A stretch of 64,000 nt of DNA from Felis catus (GCF_018350175.1 NC_058368.1:142602001-142666000), one strand, 5' to 3'; shown: positions 24,466 to 38,369, counted from the first letter of the stretch. Translations and numbers: made by a program. The notes: generated by a model from the sequence alone, not told the origin.

Positions 24466-26293
24466 ATGAAAAAATAATACTGTGTGGAAAAATAACAACA
24501 ACAAGGCAATACCATCGAAATTATGTATGCTAACCCAGAGGTATGGTTAAAATTGGGAAAACGGGGTGAAACAGATCAGGGATTCCCAATTCTGGTTGTG
24601 CATTAGGATCACCTGACCCCTGCAGTCACCTTAGGACTTAACTATGGTGCCCTGAGCTCAGCAAAGCTCAGCAACTGGCTTCTTGGCAGCCTAGCCTGGC
24701 CCAACTTCCCTGCCTGGCTTTCTGTCACCTTTAATGACCTGAAATCAGCATCTTCAGCAGCCGCATCTACTATGCTTGCAATGGTCTTGACACAGCTCTT
24801 TCCTCCAGACAAATGCCACACAGCTGCCCATCGTACATAACAGCTAAAAGAGTTGTCCAACCTCCACCTGGGCTCACCACCAGCAATCCTCAGAGGACCC
24901 CAGGGCCCCATGGACCCCAGGGTGAACACCAGTGGCCCAGGGCACTCTGCTGGATGCACCCACATGGGCTCAGGTGCAAAGTGAGGGGGTCTGGAGAGCC
25001 ATATCAGCACTGGGGTCCAGTGGAGCTGGTTTGTGGGCCACATGCCCTTTGCCCTTCAGGGGTACTCCCATCCCTTAGGGCCCACGAGCTCTGCTGGTGT
25101 GTACCCCTGAGAAAGGTAAAACAGGGAGGCCTGACTAGCATTAAAAATTCCTCACCAAACTCATACTGCCCCTTATTTCTGGACTTAACCTTGATTGCTG
25201 TAGGTTTTCTGTTACACCCACACTGCTTTAGAATCCTGTCTCTCCTTGGCGAAATCCTTGCTACACGAAACAGGAGTGTTGGGGAAAATATACCAGACAT
25301 AAAGCTAATCAGAAAAAGGTGAGGAGGAATATTACAGATGTTATTTATTACCTACAAGGGAAAAATCAAAACGCTCATAATTTTTATATAGGCACTCCAC
25401 ATGACATATTTCAAACAGATCTGGGTTTATGATTTTTAGTTTACAAAGTCAGTTTCTCCAACACCTACTCATTCAGTCCATATTTGATATTTTAAAAGTC
25501 CTAATGAAAAAAGAGCTTTGATGTGGCTTGCTCAGCCTAGACAGAGTTCAAATGTTAATCATTATTGAATTGTGCATAATAAGTATTCAGAGAATGTGTG
25601 TGCCTGTGTCACAGGGAACTCCAACACTTGGTTAATGTCTGACATTAACCAGGGGTGTGTCAATTGAGCACTGAAAATCCAAAAAACAGAAATCAACCAT
25701 TCAGTGAATCCTCAACTCATGACTGTCCTAGAAAGTTTAGCAATTTACATCTGAAATGGGCTGTCCGGAGATCCTCTCATACGTTGGTTCAAACTGAATC
25801 TTGACTAAATGTACTATTTTATATTGCTCATTCATCTGCTTATTAAACAAATCCTCATTTTGTTGATCACTCTACATGCTTGAGTCTAAATCTTCAGAAT
25901 GAGTAAACCAGGGCCCAGCAGATAATAATAATTGCATTAAAACACCATAAATTCTAAACCAGTGGAACAATCATTTGTTGGCTGAGTGAATAAAATGTGC
26001 GACATGTGACGTGCTAGATGATTCCAAAGGAGAAGCTAACTGCCTGGGAGGATCCAGGAAAGTGGTGCTCACTGAGCTGGGCTCTAAAGGACAGGGTGAA
26101 GGTGGCAGATAAAGAAAGTGTGACAAAAATGATCCAAGGAGGGGAAGTGTCTGTCTTCTTGAAATTTTCTTCTCTCTGTGATGTCTTGCTCCTTTTCAGC
26201 CTCTAAAGGAGGAAATGCATGCAAAGCACTTAATCACAGTGCCTGGCACAGAGAAAATGCTCCATCAGGGGTGGTTATTGTTTCTACTTGAGG

Positions 26294-26517
26294 TTTTTTT
26301 GTTTGTTTTTTCTTCTTAATGTTTATTTTTGAGAGAAAGAGAGACAGAGTGGGAGGGGGAGAGGGGCAGAGAGAAGAGAGACACACACAATGCAAAGCAG
26401 GCTCCAGGCTTTGAGCTGTCAGCACAGAGCCCGACGTGGGGCTTGAACTCACGAACTGTGAGATCATGACCTGAGCTGAAGTCGGATGTTCAACCAACTG
26501 AGCCACCCAGGCGCCCC
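26294..26517 (-). mobile_element. Can-SINE
   Basis: Full reverse-complement SINE; cttgag-containing TSD-like flanks. Confidence 0.94.
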
Positions 26518-29217
26518 GGCTTGAGATTGTTTTTTAGTCTCCTTTGCTTTTTCTTCTTTCTCTGTTTGTCTCTTAAATGTTTTCATTCCCCAGATTCGTG
26601 CTCAACATTCCCCTGGGTATTCTAGGCCCCCAAATCTTATCTCCTACCCAGATCACTCTTTGTTGTGTCCAACTGCCAGTGCCCCTAACCCAGGCTTAGA
26701 TGCCAGGCACCACGTGGCCAGAGCCAGGCCTTCTGGCATCATACACACATTGTACCTCAGCCACGTTCCAATCCTGCATTTGTAGATAGGGAATTGGACA
26801 TCTATCTTCCAATTCTAGCCTAAACCATCAAAACAGGTTCAACCACTTCAGCTTGTCCCTCCTCTCTCCTCCTCGGACAATAGCACATGTACTGTCTCTG
26901 GCTCCACCTCCTTTCCACTGCCCCCATGAGCCACTTGGCCTTTTTTCAGCCTGTGCCCAGGGTGAGGAGTAGAGGTGGCAGGCAGAGAAATCCTGTATGT
27001 CTCCCCATAAGAAGCTTCTACAGGAAGCTCCTCTCTGATGTAGCCTACACACGGCCAAGTCCGGGACTCCCAAGCTGGGTGCCCTGTCTCCGTATCTTCC
27101 TTTTGTAGTTACCATGGTAGAAACATTTGCACTGAGAAGAGAAAGGGGTAGAGTGTGGAACCCTGGAGAGAACCAACATTTGAAAGGCAATACAGAAGGA
27201 AATGAGCCTCCAAAAGACTGAGGAGGAGGAGTTAGACGGGAAGAACGCCTCTGAAGCTGGGGGAAATATTCCACGGAGGAAATGGTTACTGCCAGAGAGA
27301 AGGAAAGTCTGAGAAGGCAGGGAAGAAGAACGGTGGATTTCGTAAATAGGATGTCAGTGATGACTGTGGAGACAGCAATTTCACTGGGCTTGTAATGTAC
27401 AATACCCCAAATAAACATGCACAAGGGATCCAGTAAGCTTGTAATAACAAAGATAAGACAGATAGAAGAGTGTGTCTCTTCTCTAATCATCCTCCAATTA
27501 AAGTCATAACAGACGATCATTTCCAGTTCTGACATCATCATGTGCCAACCGCCGTCTCTGTTCTGACCCTGCCCCACAACAAGCTAACTCAATGCAGAAC
27601 TATGGGTATCCAGTGGATTCACATTTTTAGTTTGTTTCTCTCTAAATACAAGCTTTTAAAGTAATTGGTAGAGTCCGTCAGCAAATAGCTATAAATAGGC
27701 ACTGTGTATATATAAAAAAGGCGAAACTAACCAGAAATATTCATCTTTAGCCTGTGATTAAGATGATGAGCATGAACCAGGCTGGGGATGAAAGAAGACT
27801 CCCCCGCCCCCCAACATGGCATTTAGTGAAATCCCAACCACAAAGCCTCATGGTCCAAAACGCCTTGCTGAAGGCCTCACTTTTCCTGTGTTGTACAGTT
27901 CAGATTCCAGTGCGTGTGAAGGACGTGTCTAGGCTCTGAGCACGTTTTTGGATAAGGATGAGAAAAAAAAGGTAAATTGATACATAATCTGGAAAGGGGG
28001 CCGTGGCATGAGGCCTCGATGGCTGTCAGGTGGGCCCGGCCTCCCCGGGCAGGTTGGTGATGCCGTCCTTCCTGACCCCAGGCCTCACACTGTGAGCAGT
28101 GCCAACAACTGCAGTGCAGAAAGCTAAAGCTGGCTGGCACTCTTCCAAGGACAGAACTGCTATCCCACAGCCCAAACCCCGGCCCGTTACATGAACCCTG
28201 TAATCACTGAAATGAGGACCACTAGGTGCTGCTTGCCAAAGGTAAAAAAGCGAAAATCTGAGACGACGCTCTCTAGCTACCCTCGTTCTTGGAAGCAGCC
28301 TGCTCGAAACTAAGGATGTTTTAAATTTGGGGACTACCAGGGTCTCACACGAACCAGGATCCAGAACACGCTCTCTGTTTCCAAGGAAAACTGGAAGCGC
28401 ATGTGAGGAGGTAGGCAATGATGGTGTCTTTGCTCTGCAACTGACTGAGAGAATGAAGTGTTAGGGACCTGCCACCAACCTCTTCAGACCCTCTTGAGAA
28501 GATCCGCTTCCAGAGAGCAACCCCCTTCGACGCTCATGCATTTGTAGATGCTGATTTGTATCTGGCAGTTTGATTAGGGAGTCCAACAGACAGACTTCCA
28601 GAGATTCCCGAAGCCCCAGGGTTCTGCCTAAAAACCCAGTGTTAGCAGTCACATCCATGATCCCGGAGTGCTTCCTGAAGAGTGCTGGCTGTCAGGCCCC
28701 CCCGCTGCCCCCCACACATTCGGGAAGTGACTCACAGAAGGGGCAGAATCTGACCCTGAGCTGGCCATTCCAATCTGGAGAGACACTCTCTCCCGACCAG
28801 CCATTTGCTCTTTATGTGAGGCCCAAAGCAGGTAGGAGGGACTTGACACTCAATATGGCTACCCTTTCCCTTTCCCCCATCCGCTGTGAGCCTGCTCACA
28901 TTAAGGGATGATGTGCAGAGCTAAATCCCACTTCTGGGACTTGCATCTGGAAAGCCAATTAAGATACAGAGAAAAAGAAGACAGAACTGAATTTTCCATC
29001 TGACTCAAAGATGTTGAGAAGCAGGTAGATTTGGAAATGGGATGGAGGGGCCCACTATCATGGCGGGGGCTCATTTTACTGCAGAATTGTACTCTAGGCA
29101 AACAAAACCCCACAGAGCTACAGTAAATTCTGAAAACATGGTTTTTTGCTCTGATGCTCTCTCCTGGCTCTAGTATGGTTTGTCACATGAAGAATCTTGA
29201 TAACATGGAAATTTTTA

Positions 29218-29444
29218 TTTTTAAAAAAAAATTTTTTTTTTCAACGTTTATTTATTTTTGGGACAGAGAGAGACAGAACATGAACGGGGGAGGGGCAGAG
29301 AGAGAGGGAGACACAGAATCGGAAACAGGCTCCAGGCTCCAAGCCATCAGCCCAGAGCCCGACGCGGGGCTCGAACTCCCGGAGCGCGAGATCGTGACCT
29401 GGCTGAAGTCGGACGCTTAACCGACTGCGCCCCCCAGGCGCCCC
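29218..29444 (-). mobile_element. Young feline Can-SINE
   Basis: 16-bp TSD aacatggaaattttta at 29202-29217 and 29445-29460. Confidence 0.97.
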
Positions 29445-30312
29445 AACATGGAAATTTTTAAAAAGATACCAAGGGTATCACCCCTCCCTCTTGCAACCTC
29501 TTTTTGTGTGTGGGGAGGGGGACGGGAGGGGGAAGGAGCACTGTAAATTGGAAAGTGGGAGTATTTGTAACTAAACACTCCATGACAAACCCAGAGCTGG
29601 GCAGAAGAAGCAAAACAGGAAGCTGGCCACAGAGGGTTAGACAGTCACTGGCAATCTCTACTCCCCACCCAGCACTTTGCCCAAAGGTCTGTCTTCGGGG
29701 CTCGAATTCTCAGCCAAACTATTCCTCCTGAACTGACTAAAGCTTTGCATTTACGAAGGTATCACGTATTAAAACAACAAGAATGTTTTGAACATCTGCT
29801 GTGTTGAGGGAGCTGTGCAAGGTGTCACAGAAATGACAGAAAAGCATTCATTAATTAGGTTTTTTTCTGAGGATGTGCCGGGCACAATCTTAGATATTGA
29901 GTATCTTAAGAAGTTTATAAATTAATTGGAAGGATAGATGTCAGTAAAAGGCAATCAATGACAAATGCCAAAGGACTGGTATATAATTTAAATAATTTAA
30001 GCATTAACTGAGCACCTAGTATTTGCAAGCCATTGTGCAAAGGGCTTTGCGGAGCGTTACAGAATGCCAGAGACAGAAAGCTTTTTTATGGCTGGTGGAG
30101 AAAGGGAAAGCTTCCTGGGAAAGGGTAGACTTGGGAACGAGGGCTGGCACTGAAGAACTGGTAGGATTTGGGGAGGTGGACAGAGAGGAAGAGGTGGTCC
30201 CAGGCAGAGGGGAAGAACTTGGGGCAGGACGCCCCCAAATCCGTGCCATGTCTGGAGCACAGTCACAGATCCTGGCTGACTGGAGGGGGACACATTAAGA
30301 ATAGTTCGGGAA

Positions 30313-30527
30313 GGGGCGCCTGGGTGGCGCAGTCGGTTAAGCGTCCGACTTCAGCCAGGTCACGATCTCGCGGTCCGTGAGTTCGAGCCCCGCATCGGGC
30401 TCTGTGCTGACAACTCAGAGCCTGGAGCCTGCTTCCGATTCTGTGTCTCCCTCTCTCTCTGCCCCTCCCCCGTTCATGCTCTGTCTCTCTCTGTCCCAAA
30501 AATAAATAAACGTTGAAAAAAAAAAAA
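30313..30527 (+). mobile_element. Young feline Can-SINE
   Basis: 16-bp TSD aagaatagttcgggaa at 30297-30312 and 30528-30543. Confidence 0.97.
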
Positions 30528-30779
30528 AAGAATAGTTCGGGAAGGCTGGGTTGAGTCGGTTTCCCCAAACTACAGAAGTTCAAACTTTCTTCAGCAGATA
30601 ATTGGCAACCAGTCATATCTTTTTGAGCAGAAACAAAAAGGCACATTTTCGAAAGCTTCATCTCCATGCTCACTGTGATGCGATTATTACGTTTCTCAGA
30701 TGATTCGATACTGGGAAAACATCCCAGCTAGGAATAACTGTCGCTGGGAGAGGATAGGCCACAGTGGAAATCAGCACGC

Positions 30780-31600
30780 TGTATTGGGACAGCAGGAAAC
30801 CAATCAGAGAGCTTCCCTGGGCAGGCACGGAAACTGCTCAGGCCTGGGAGGTAGACGGCAAGCCGGGGCGGCCAACAGAGCAGGACTGTTAGGTCTGGAA
30901 TGGCGCCGCCGAAACAAGAAACTGAGGGTGATGCTTCTGGAGGGGGGTGGTGGTGAATTCGGTTCAGACATACCGTGTGACCTGCACGACCCAACATGTA
31001 GGTTGAGAAGTGGCACTGGATTTGCCACGGGTGTGTTCTCACCTCGCTCTTCGCAGCGCGGCTGGAAAGAACCCTAACTTCTGGAGCTCGGCCTCCAGGG
31101 CCTGCCTCACCTGCTGCATCCCCTCCTGCGCATCACAGTCCCACCTTGCAGGCACCTTGTGCCAAAGGAACCTGAACAACGTGACAGCAGACTCCCAGGC
31201 GGGCCTGCGCCCTGAGAGGTCTCCTGGGCACAGCCCGCCATGCAAACAAGCATTCCGGCGTTGGCAGCTCACTAAAAATGGAAGGGCCGCGAGGCGGAAG
31301 TGTTCCCCCAAACACTGCTTGGACAAGAGCTGTCTGCGGCTCTACGTGAATGAGAAACGCCCATGTGATTTGGTTCGGCACACAGTTTCGGTTTGCTCCA
31401 GCAGTTGGCATCATCTTAATGAATCCGTCCCTCCTCCAGCCTCCCTCCCTATGTTCCGGAAATGCCGTTCTTTGGACACACTGAGCTCCGTTGGTCTGTG
31501 TGGTCCTTCCCTGCAAAGACGTCTTTGCATTTGCTCCTCCCTCTACGGGGGGCGCTTTCTACGGCTTGTTGCCTGGCTAACTTCTTCAGGTTTCAGATCA
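30780..31600. promoter_or_regulatory. GC/CpG-enriched non-repeat segment; candidate intronic enhancer or promoter
   Basis: CpG density visibly above the flanks; CCAAT, GC-box, YY1-like and ETS motifs (see findings). Confidence 0.35.
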
Positions 31601-33417
31601 AATACTACTTCCTTAGAGCAGCCTTTTATCCTCTCCCAAAAGAAATTAGGTCAACCCCTGTTAATCCTTCATAACCCATATTACCATTTTCTTTCTTTCT
31701 TTACTATGTCTCTCTAGAGAAGTATAAGATGCCCAAAAGGCAGGGATCACAGCTGTTTGGTTCGCCGCTGTATGGCACGCCCAGCACCTTGCACTGTGCA
31801 GGTCTCTGATAAATGGGGCTGCCCGAGTGAATGCCTGGAGCTCCAAGGTCCTGATTAGACCTGAGCGTGGTCTGAACAGGGGCAGACAGAGGCCTAGACT
31901 CAACTGTGGGAGTTGGGTACAGCATCGACATCTCACCAGACAGGGTCACTGCAGAAGAACATGGTTTGGGGAAATGACACAAGAATAATTAAGGAGACAG
32001 TTGTGGTAGGATGAAGAATATTGGAGCTTGTGGGGAGGCCTCGGACAGCATGTCACCCAAGCTCCTGTTCGTGTAGATGAGGAAACAGAATTCAAGTTTC
32101 CTGACCCAGCTAGTTGGTGTCCGAGGTATCCAGTGTCCTACCAGGCCATGCTAAAGAAGTCTGGACGCTTCTGACTGCACTGACAACTGTGAGGGAATAT
32201 CATTCTAAACTATAGTTAATTTAGGAAAAACCTGTGGTCCTACTGCTGGATCCAAGAGGCGTCTCATGATGGATTTAAATGAACCTGTGTGTCCTTAGGT
32301 GTTAACTCCAGGGTGTTTTCTCCTGAGTGGTCAAAGAGGAGGGGTGGGGGGAGCTGTTTGCAAGCATGAGGATGGGACATCCAGGTCCTATAGCTGTGCT
32401 TGTTCTTCTAAAACACTTATCTGGATGAGACCAAGAGCCTTCCTCTGTTAAGGAGCAGGCGTCCGGGGACCTGGAAAGAAGCATTTTCCCTTCCCCTGTG
32501 TGACGTGACTCCTCTACTCTCACAGAGGGCATTTGTACTCACACATCGGAGCTGGAGGCCCAGTTCCAAAACTGACAATTTACCACAATATATTTCCCTC
32601 TGCACTGGGGACACTTCTTGTATTAATGTGATTAAATTAGCCTGTCAGTCCTCTGGTATCCTTTGAACACTTGAGAGAAAGCCAGCAGCTTACTGGGGCT
32701 TTTTCCAAAAGACATATTTGCGACTAAAAAGTGATTTCCACACACATCCTCGCCTCCCTTGATCAGGAGATAATTACTAGGCTGTTAAAGCTGTTGGAGC
32801 TGGGGGCTGGCATAGAAAGTATGTGCTGCTGTAAGAATGCCAGAAGGAGCCCAGAAAGCCGCTGGATTCGCACTCCCCCGGCCTCCTCCACTCTTGCAAG
32901 CTTCCCCGAGGCCAGAGCATCCAAGTTCCCACAGACACAGTGCCGGTCTCCTTGGCTGGAGGGCCTGGGTCAGACATCTGCTCCCCTGCTGATGGCCGCT
33001 TTCCTACTTCATCCAGCCCAAATCCCTTCCAGAGGTTCAAATGATGTGAGTTCTATGGAGACTGGAATTCTTCCGCCATGGAATAGAGGAATTTATTCAT
33101 TATTTCAACAAATATGTGTCTGCTCTGTACCTGGTGCCATACCAGGAACTGATTTCATTCCATTCAATGACTGCTCACTGAGCACCTACTAAGTACCGGA
33201 AACTGCTGTGGGGCCACTCCGTGCAGGAAAGGAGCACTGGGTCTAGTACGGGCCTCTTCATTGATTCAGTGCCCTGACTCTCCCACCTGAGGGCAATGGG
33301 CAGAACCAGAAAGGGCGCCTGGCACTCCTGGTGAGTCAAGAGTATAAGCAGAGTGCCTGAAAGACTCTAAGACTCGTTAGCCACTAACATTTGGTGAATA
33401 AAAAAGAAATACCCTTT

Positions 33418-33444
33418 TTTTTTAAGTTTATTTTGAGAGAGAGT

Positions 33445-33489
<45 letters not shown>

Positions 33490-33653
33490 AGTGGGGGAGA
33501 GGCAGAGAGAGAGAGAGAGGAAGAGAGACACAATCCCAAGCAGGCTCCAGACTGTTAGCAAAGAGCCTTACATGGGGCTCGAACCCACGAACTGTGAGAT
33601 CATGACCTGAGCTGAAGTCAGACGCTGAACCGACTGAGCTACCAAGGTGCCCC
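33418..33653 (-). mobile_element. Can-SINE
   Basis: TSD agaaaYacccttt at 33405-33417 and 33655-33667. Confidence 0.94.
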
Positions 33654-34814
33654 GAGAAACACCCTTTAGTCTCACGAAGCTCACCCAAGATATAAGAAGA
33701 GTTAGAATCTTGCAAAAAGAAACAGGGGAGAGATTATGTCTCAGGATTAGTAAATGCTCAAGTAGATGTGACCAAAATGTGGAATGAAAAGCAAAAGAGT
33801 GTTTCACTCCAACTCGGGGAGAATTTTTTAAATCCAAGCTAGTTCATTCCTCCTTTCTTCCCTTGCCAGCCCCTCCATGTCCACCTACCGTTGAGGGTAG
33901 AGGACTTGGTCATTGCAGTCACACAGGTTCTCGTGAGGAAGAGAGCAGAGGGTACATTCGAGGACAGGGAGGTTGTCAAGTGCCTAACTCTCACGTGGCT
34001 CAGAAGAGATGGAAACCACGGAGCCACCCTAACTGCTGAGAGGAGAGGGCGAGAGCATGAAGGGTCAGGGAAATCTCTTGACATGGCAGGTGATTAATAC
34101 ACTAAAACCAACAACCAAAGCAGAAATGGAAGCTGTAATTACCCAAATGCTTTTAAAGAGTGGATCCTGGAGAAGAGGCAAAGATGGGTGGTTTCTGCTT
34201 GCACCCATGCTGATGGCTGGGTGAGGACAGGTCCCTCAGATGGCAGATTCGGTGGGGCTGACTAGAGCTGCCTGTCTGCACCTCCCCAACTCCCGGCTCT
34301 ATCCCCAGTCTCTCTCTGAGCTGGGAAGACCCGCCAAGTGTCCCACGTGTCCTCAGAGCTCTAGGTCAAATCTCCCATAAAATCAAGACCCCTTGAGGGT
34401 GGAGACTGTGTCTTCAAGTTCCTTTTAAATTACTTAGTACTTAGAGCCCCATACATATTGGTTGAGCGACTTGATTTTTCTCTGCAACATTCCTGCACCT
34501 GCCGACCAGAGACCACTGGAAAACGATACGCAGACAAACCAAGTAGGAAAGAGGGAGAATGACAGTGTGTGCAGGTAAATATATAGGGTCAACATGCCTG
34601 TGTCCTCTCATCAGGAAAGCAGCCAGGTGAGCTGGAAAGTCCATTTGAAGCACATTATAAAGTTTTGGCTATCACTGGCGGTACCACCAGGCTCTTGGGG
34701 CTCGGGTCCGTGTTCACCCCTACACATGAAGCCTGTGGGACCTGTAGGCAGCGCCCACAAGGAGCCCTTCAAGAGAACAGCTCTTTGCTGCTGGGCAAAG
34801 GGCAGCTCTGGATA

Positions 34815-35047
34815 GGTGTGAAGAGCCTGGACTCTGGAATCCCAGCTCGCCACTTCCAAGCTGTGTAGCCTTGGGCAAATGACTCTTCTAAAGCTCACTT
34901 TACTTCTCTGTAAAATAGGAATAATGCTACCACCGACCTTCTTGGGGTTTCTGCGAGGACTAAACGGCCCAATGCAAAGTGCCACGCCAGAGCCTGGCAC
35001 AAAATAGAGGGAAAATATGGTAGCCATTGCGGTTACCATTATTATTT
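34815..35047 (+). mobile_element. MIR
   Basis: gaatcccagctcgccactt..gctgtgtagccttgggcaa..tctgtaaaataggaataat..gcctggcaca..attattatt. Confidence 0.85.
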
Positions 35048-36678
35048 TTATCGTAAAATCTACTCTGAAGTTATCCTCCTCGCTACGACCCTACTGTGTA
35101 ACTGAGGGACTTAGAAGAGATGACAACAAAAAAGCTAACCAGTGCTCTGAGGGAGCAGAAAGCAGTAACAGAGTCACAGCGCCCCCGACATACACAGCAA
35201 TTCTGTATCCAAAGGATGTCAGGAGGCTGTTAATAGGCAAGACGTTTACAGATCAACTTCTGCATACAACAAACTGAATCAGGCACCACCAGGGAAATAA
35301 TAATATCTTACTAACAGCTAACATCTGTTGAGATGCCCGCCCCCCCTTCAGAAGCTTACAGAAAACAAAGCGTGGTTTCCGGGTTGGCCCCCCTCCTCTG
35401 CATTCATTATACTATTGACGCTTCCAACTTCTTTTATGCATGTAACTGGATTTTTCAAAATTTGTCTGTAGGTGCTTGTGGCCACATCACAGAAAGCTGC
35501 CAGGCAGCCACTCCTCCTCATGCTGTTCTCTGCAGATGGCTGCCAGCATAGCCCTCTACCTTTATGCTGTTGCATTCCAGCCTCTTAGATTTGCCTCATT
35601 ATTCTTGACTGTCAGCTTCTCCTGGATCCTGACTTAATCATGTGCCGTATTCACCAGCGCCCAGAGCTCTTGTGGCATCTGGAATGTGATAAGTATGGCT
35701 TCGGTAGCTTCCTCCAAGTCAGACCACTAGAAAATGGGCCATGGATCGGAAGCTAGACAAGATGTTAACTCAGAGGGGTAGGCATCCCTGACAACTCTTA
35801 AGACTTAAATCGTTCCATGTAAGACTTCACCAGCTGGCCCACTCTTGCCATGCTTGCTCCCCCGCTCCCTGTCACTACCAATCAGCTATTCTTCCTCGAG
35901 TCTCTTGCAACTGTGCACAGGCAGAAAGCAGGGCCATGAAGACGGGCAGTGGTTGAGGACAATAAAGTGAGCACAGAGCATTCCTGGTGGGGTGTGGTAG
36001 GGGTGGGGGTGCGGTGGGGAACAAGAGGGTGGTGGAAATGAGGCCAGAGAAAATCTACTCTGGAAAGCATTAAGCTAATGGACTTCAGAGCGTCTAATCT
36101 GTGGGGGGAGATAAAATAGAAATATTGGAGAGATTAAATAATTCAGTGCTGAGCGTGCTGTCCACGCTGTGTTCCTAAGCAGCTGGTGGTGCCTAGATTC
36201 TTCCAGATAACACATATTCATCAGTTGGCTTCCAAGTAGAGTCAGCCCCATGAAAATGTCCTTCCACAAAACTAACCCATGCCAGCTCCCTGGGGTCCAG
36301 ACTCAGTGAAAATGGTACATTTCTCTTCTATAACTTATCATCAAGGAGGCAGTGACTTCTCATTGGGGACAAGCAAGCGTTTCAAACCAGAAGAAGCCTA
36401 AGCCCAGAGTTTGTGAAGTGTAGACCGTTCTAGGACTTTCAGCTGACCCCCACCCTTCTGGTTCTAGAAGGAGGAGGAGTCCTTTAAATATATTTGAGGA
36501 ACGTGAAAGTGCTAAAGGGGTGAGGATGCCAATAATCTGGACCCTCTTCCCGAAGGTCAAGGTGACCTTGAGTGAGGCAAAGAGACATAATAAAGTGAAT
36601 CGAAGAACTGAAGGGATGAGAACAAAATAACTTTCTTTCCCACATACTTAAAAAAAAAAAAAACCAAACCTTAATTAT

Positions 36679-37074
36679 TATTCAGCCCTAAAAAAGAATG
36701 AAATCTTGCCATTTACAATGACATAAGTGGAGCTGGAGAATATAATGCTAAGTGAAATAAGTCACAGAAAGACAAATACCCTACGATTTCACTCATATGT
36801 GGAATTTAAGAAACAAAACAAACGAGCAAAGGGGAAAAAAGAGAGAGAAAAAAACCAAGAAACAGCCCCTTAATTATAGAAAACAATGAGGGTTACCAGA
36901 GGGGAGGTGGGAGGGAGGATGGGCTAAAGATGTGACGGGGATTATGGAGGGCACTTGTCGTGATGAGCACCAGGTGTTGTACGAATGTGTTGAGTCACTG
37001 TATTGCACTCCTGAAACTAATATTACACTATATGTTAACTAACTAGAATTAAAATTAAAACTTAAAAAAAAAAC
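36679..37074 (+). mobile_element. Carnivore L1 3' fragment
   Basis: aaaaagaatgaaatcttgccattt..atgctaagtgaaataagtca..gatgagcac..cctgaaactaatattacact; TSD core accttaattat at 36668-36678 and 37075-37085. Confidence 0.9.
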
Positions 37075-37426
37075 ACCTTAATTATAAAACATTCCAAGCA
37101 CACACCAAAAAGTAGACTGAATAGCATACTATAATAGCATAATACCAAGGTACCCAACACCAACTCCAACCATTATCCACTTATGGCCAATCTTCTATCT
37201 TTCCCTGCCTTTCCCTCCTCCTCACATCGTTTCAAAGCAAATCCCAGCCATCATAACATTTCACCTGTAAATATTTTAGTATATATCTCTCTAAAAGATA
37301 AGGATTCTTTAAAAAAAAAAACATAATCACAATACTATTATCACATTAATAATGATTTAGTGAGCAAAGATGAGCAATGTTTGCTAGAATATTAACAATA
37401 ATTCCCTAATGGCTTCACATATCCAG

Positions 37427-37761
37427 GGCTATGGTCTGAATGTTTATATCCCCTCCAAATTCATATGTCTAAATCCTAACCCCTAAAGAAAGGGGTGGCG
37501 CACTTAAGTCATGAGAGTGGAGTCCTCATGGATGGGTTAGTGCTTTATAAAAGAGGTTCCAGAGAGATTCCTTCCCCTTCCACCATGTGAGGGCACAGCA
37601 AGAAGATAATGGCTATGCATCAGGAAGTGTAGGCTGTAACCATGCTGGTACCTTGAACTTGGGACTTCCTGGCCACCAGAACTGTGAGAAATAAATCTCT
37701 GTTGTTTATGAGCTACCTAGACTGTGGTATTTTGTTACGGCAGCCTGAAGAGACAAAGATA
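37427..37761 (+). mobile_element. MaLR solo LTR (MLT1A-like) inside an old L1ME-like remnant
   Basis: gctatggtctgaatgttt..ccaaattcatatgt..ccagaactgtgagaaataaat..tggtattttgtta; tccag repeated on both sides. Confidence 0.88.
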
Positions 37762-38369
37762 TCCAGTCAGTGTTCAAATGTCTGCTGTCGCATGGTTTTT
37801 AAGACACTTTTGTAATGAGGCCTGCATTTGGCTCCGGGGTGGCTGGAAGGACATCTCCTAGTGCTCGTAGCTGGCTCGGGGCAGCCCAGCATGCTCACAG
37901 AGCACATCCTGTACTGGGTGGAGTAAGATTCATTTCATGTTGCGTTTATACCTCCCAGCACAGAGAAGCACTCCTATTAAAGTATTTCCCCGATTTCCGG
38001 AGCCACAGGCAACTTCAGAAAGCCAAATAGTTTTGAAGGCCACAAGGGACAAATCTCACCTCAGCCTCCAGGACCGCTCAGCACTCAGCATCAGCTGACG
38101 CCTCCGCTCTGTTTGCAATGTCACTGGAGGCAACCAGGATAGCCCCTGTGGCCCTCTCTGCTTGGGCCAACGGTGTCCCAGCTGACATTTCCATTGGATG
38201 GTGAATAAGGTGGGGCACACAGAAAGTCACCAATAAATGTTAGCAATTCCACATGCCCTGCTTTTGACCTTCACAACTAGTCAGAGTTAAAATGTTGATG
38301 AGCGCTAAAGGCTCCCATCTTAGGCAACGGATTTGCAACACAGACATGTGTAAATTACAAACTAGGTTG

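Noticed and set aside
26828..27577. 249-aa minus-strand ORF
   Set aside because: No recognisable domain; overlaps decayed L2-like sequence; no convincing exon structure.
30313..30395. tRNA-like A/B boxes in SINE heads
   Set aside because: tRNA-derived SINE promoters, not tRNA genes.
31010..31717. 235-aa plus-strand ORF and overlapping ORFs
   Set aside because: Non-ATG start, no family resemblance; long frames are expected in GC-rich DNA.
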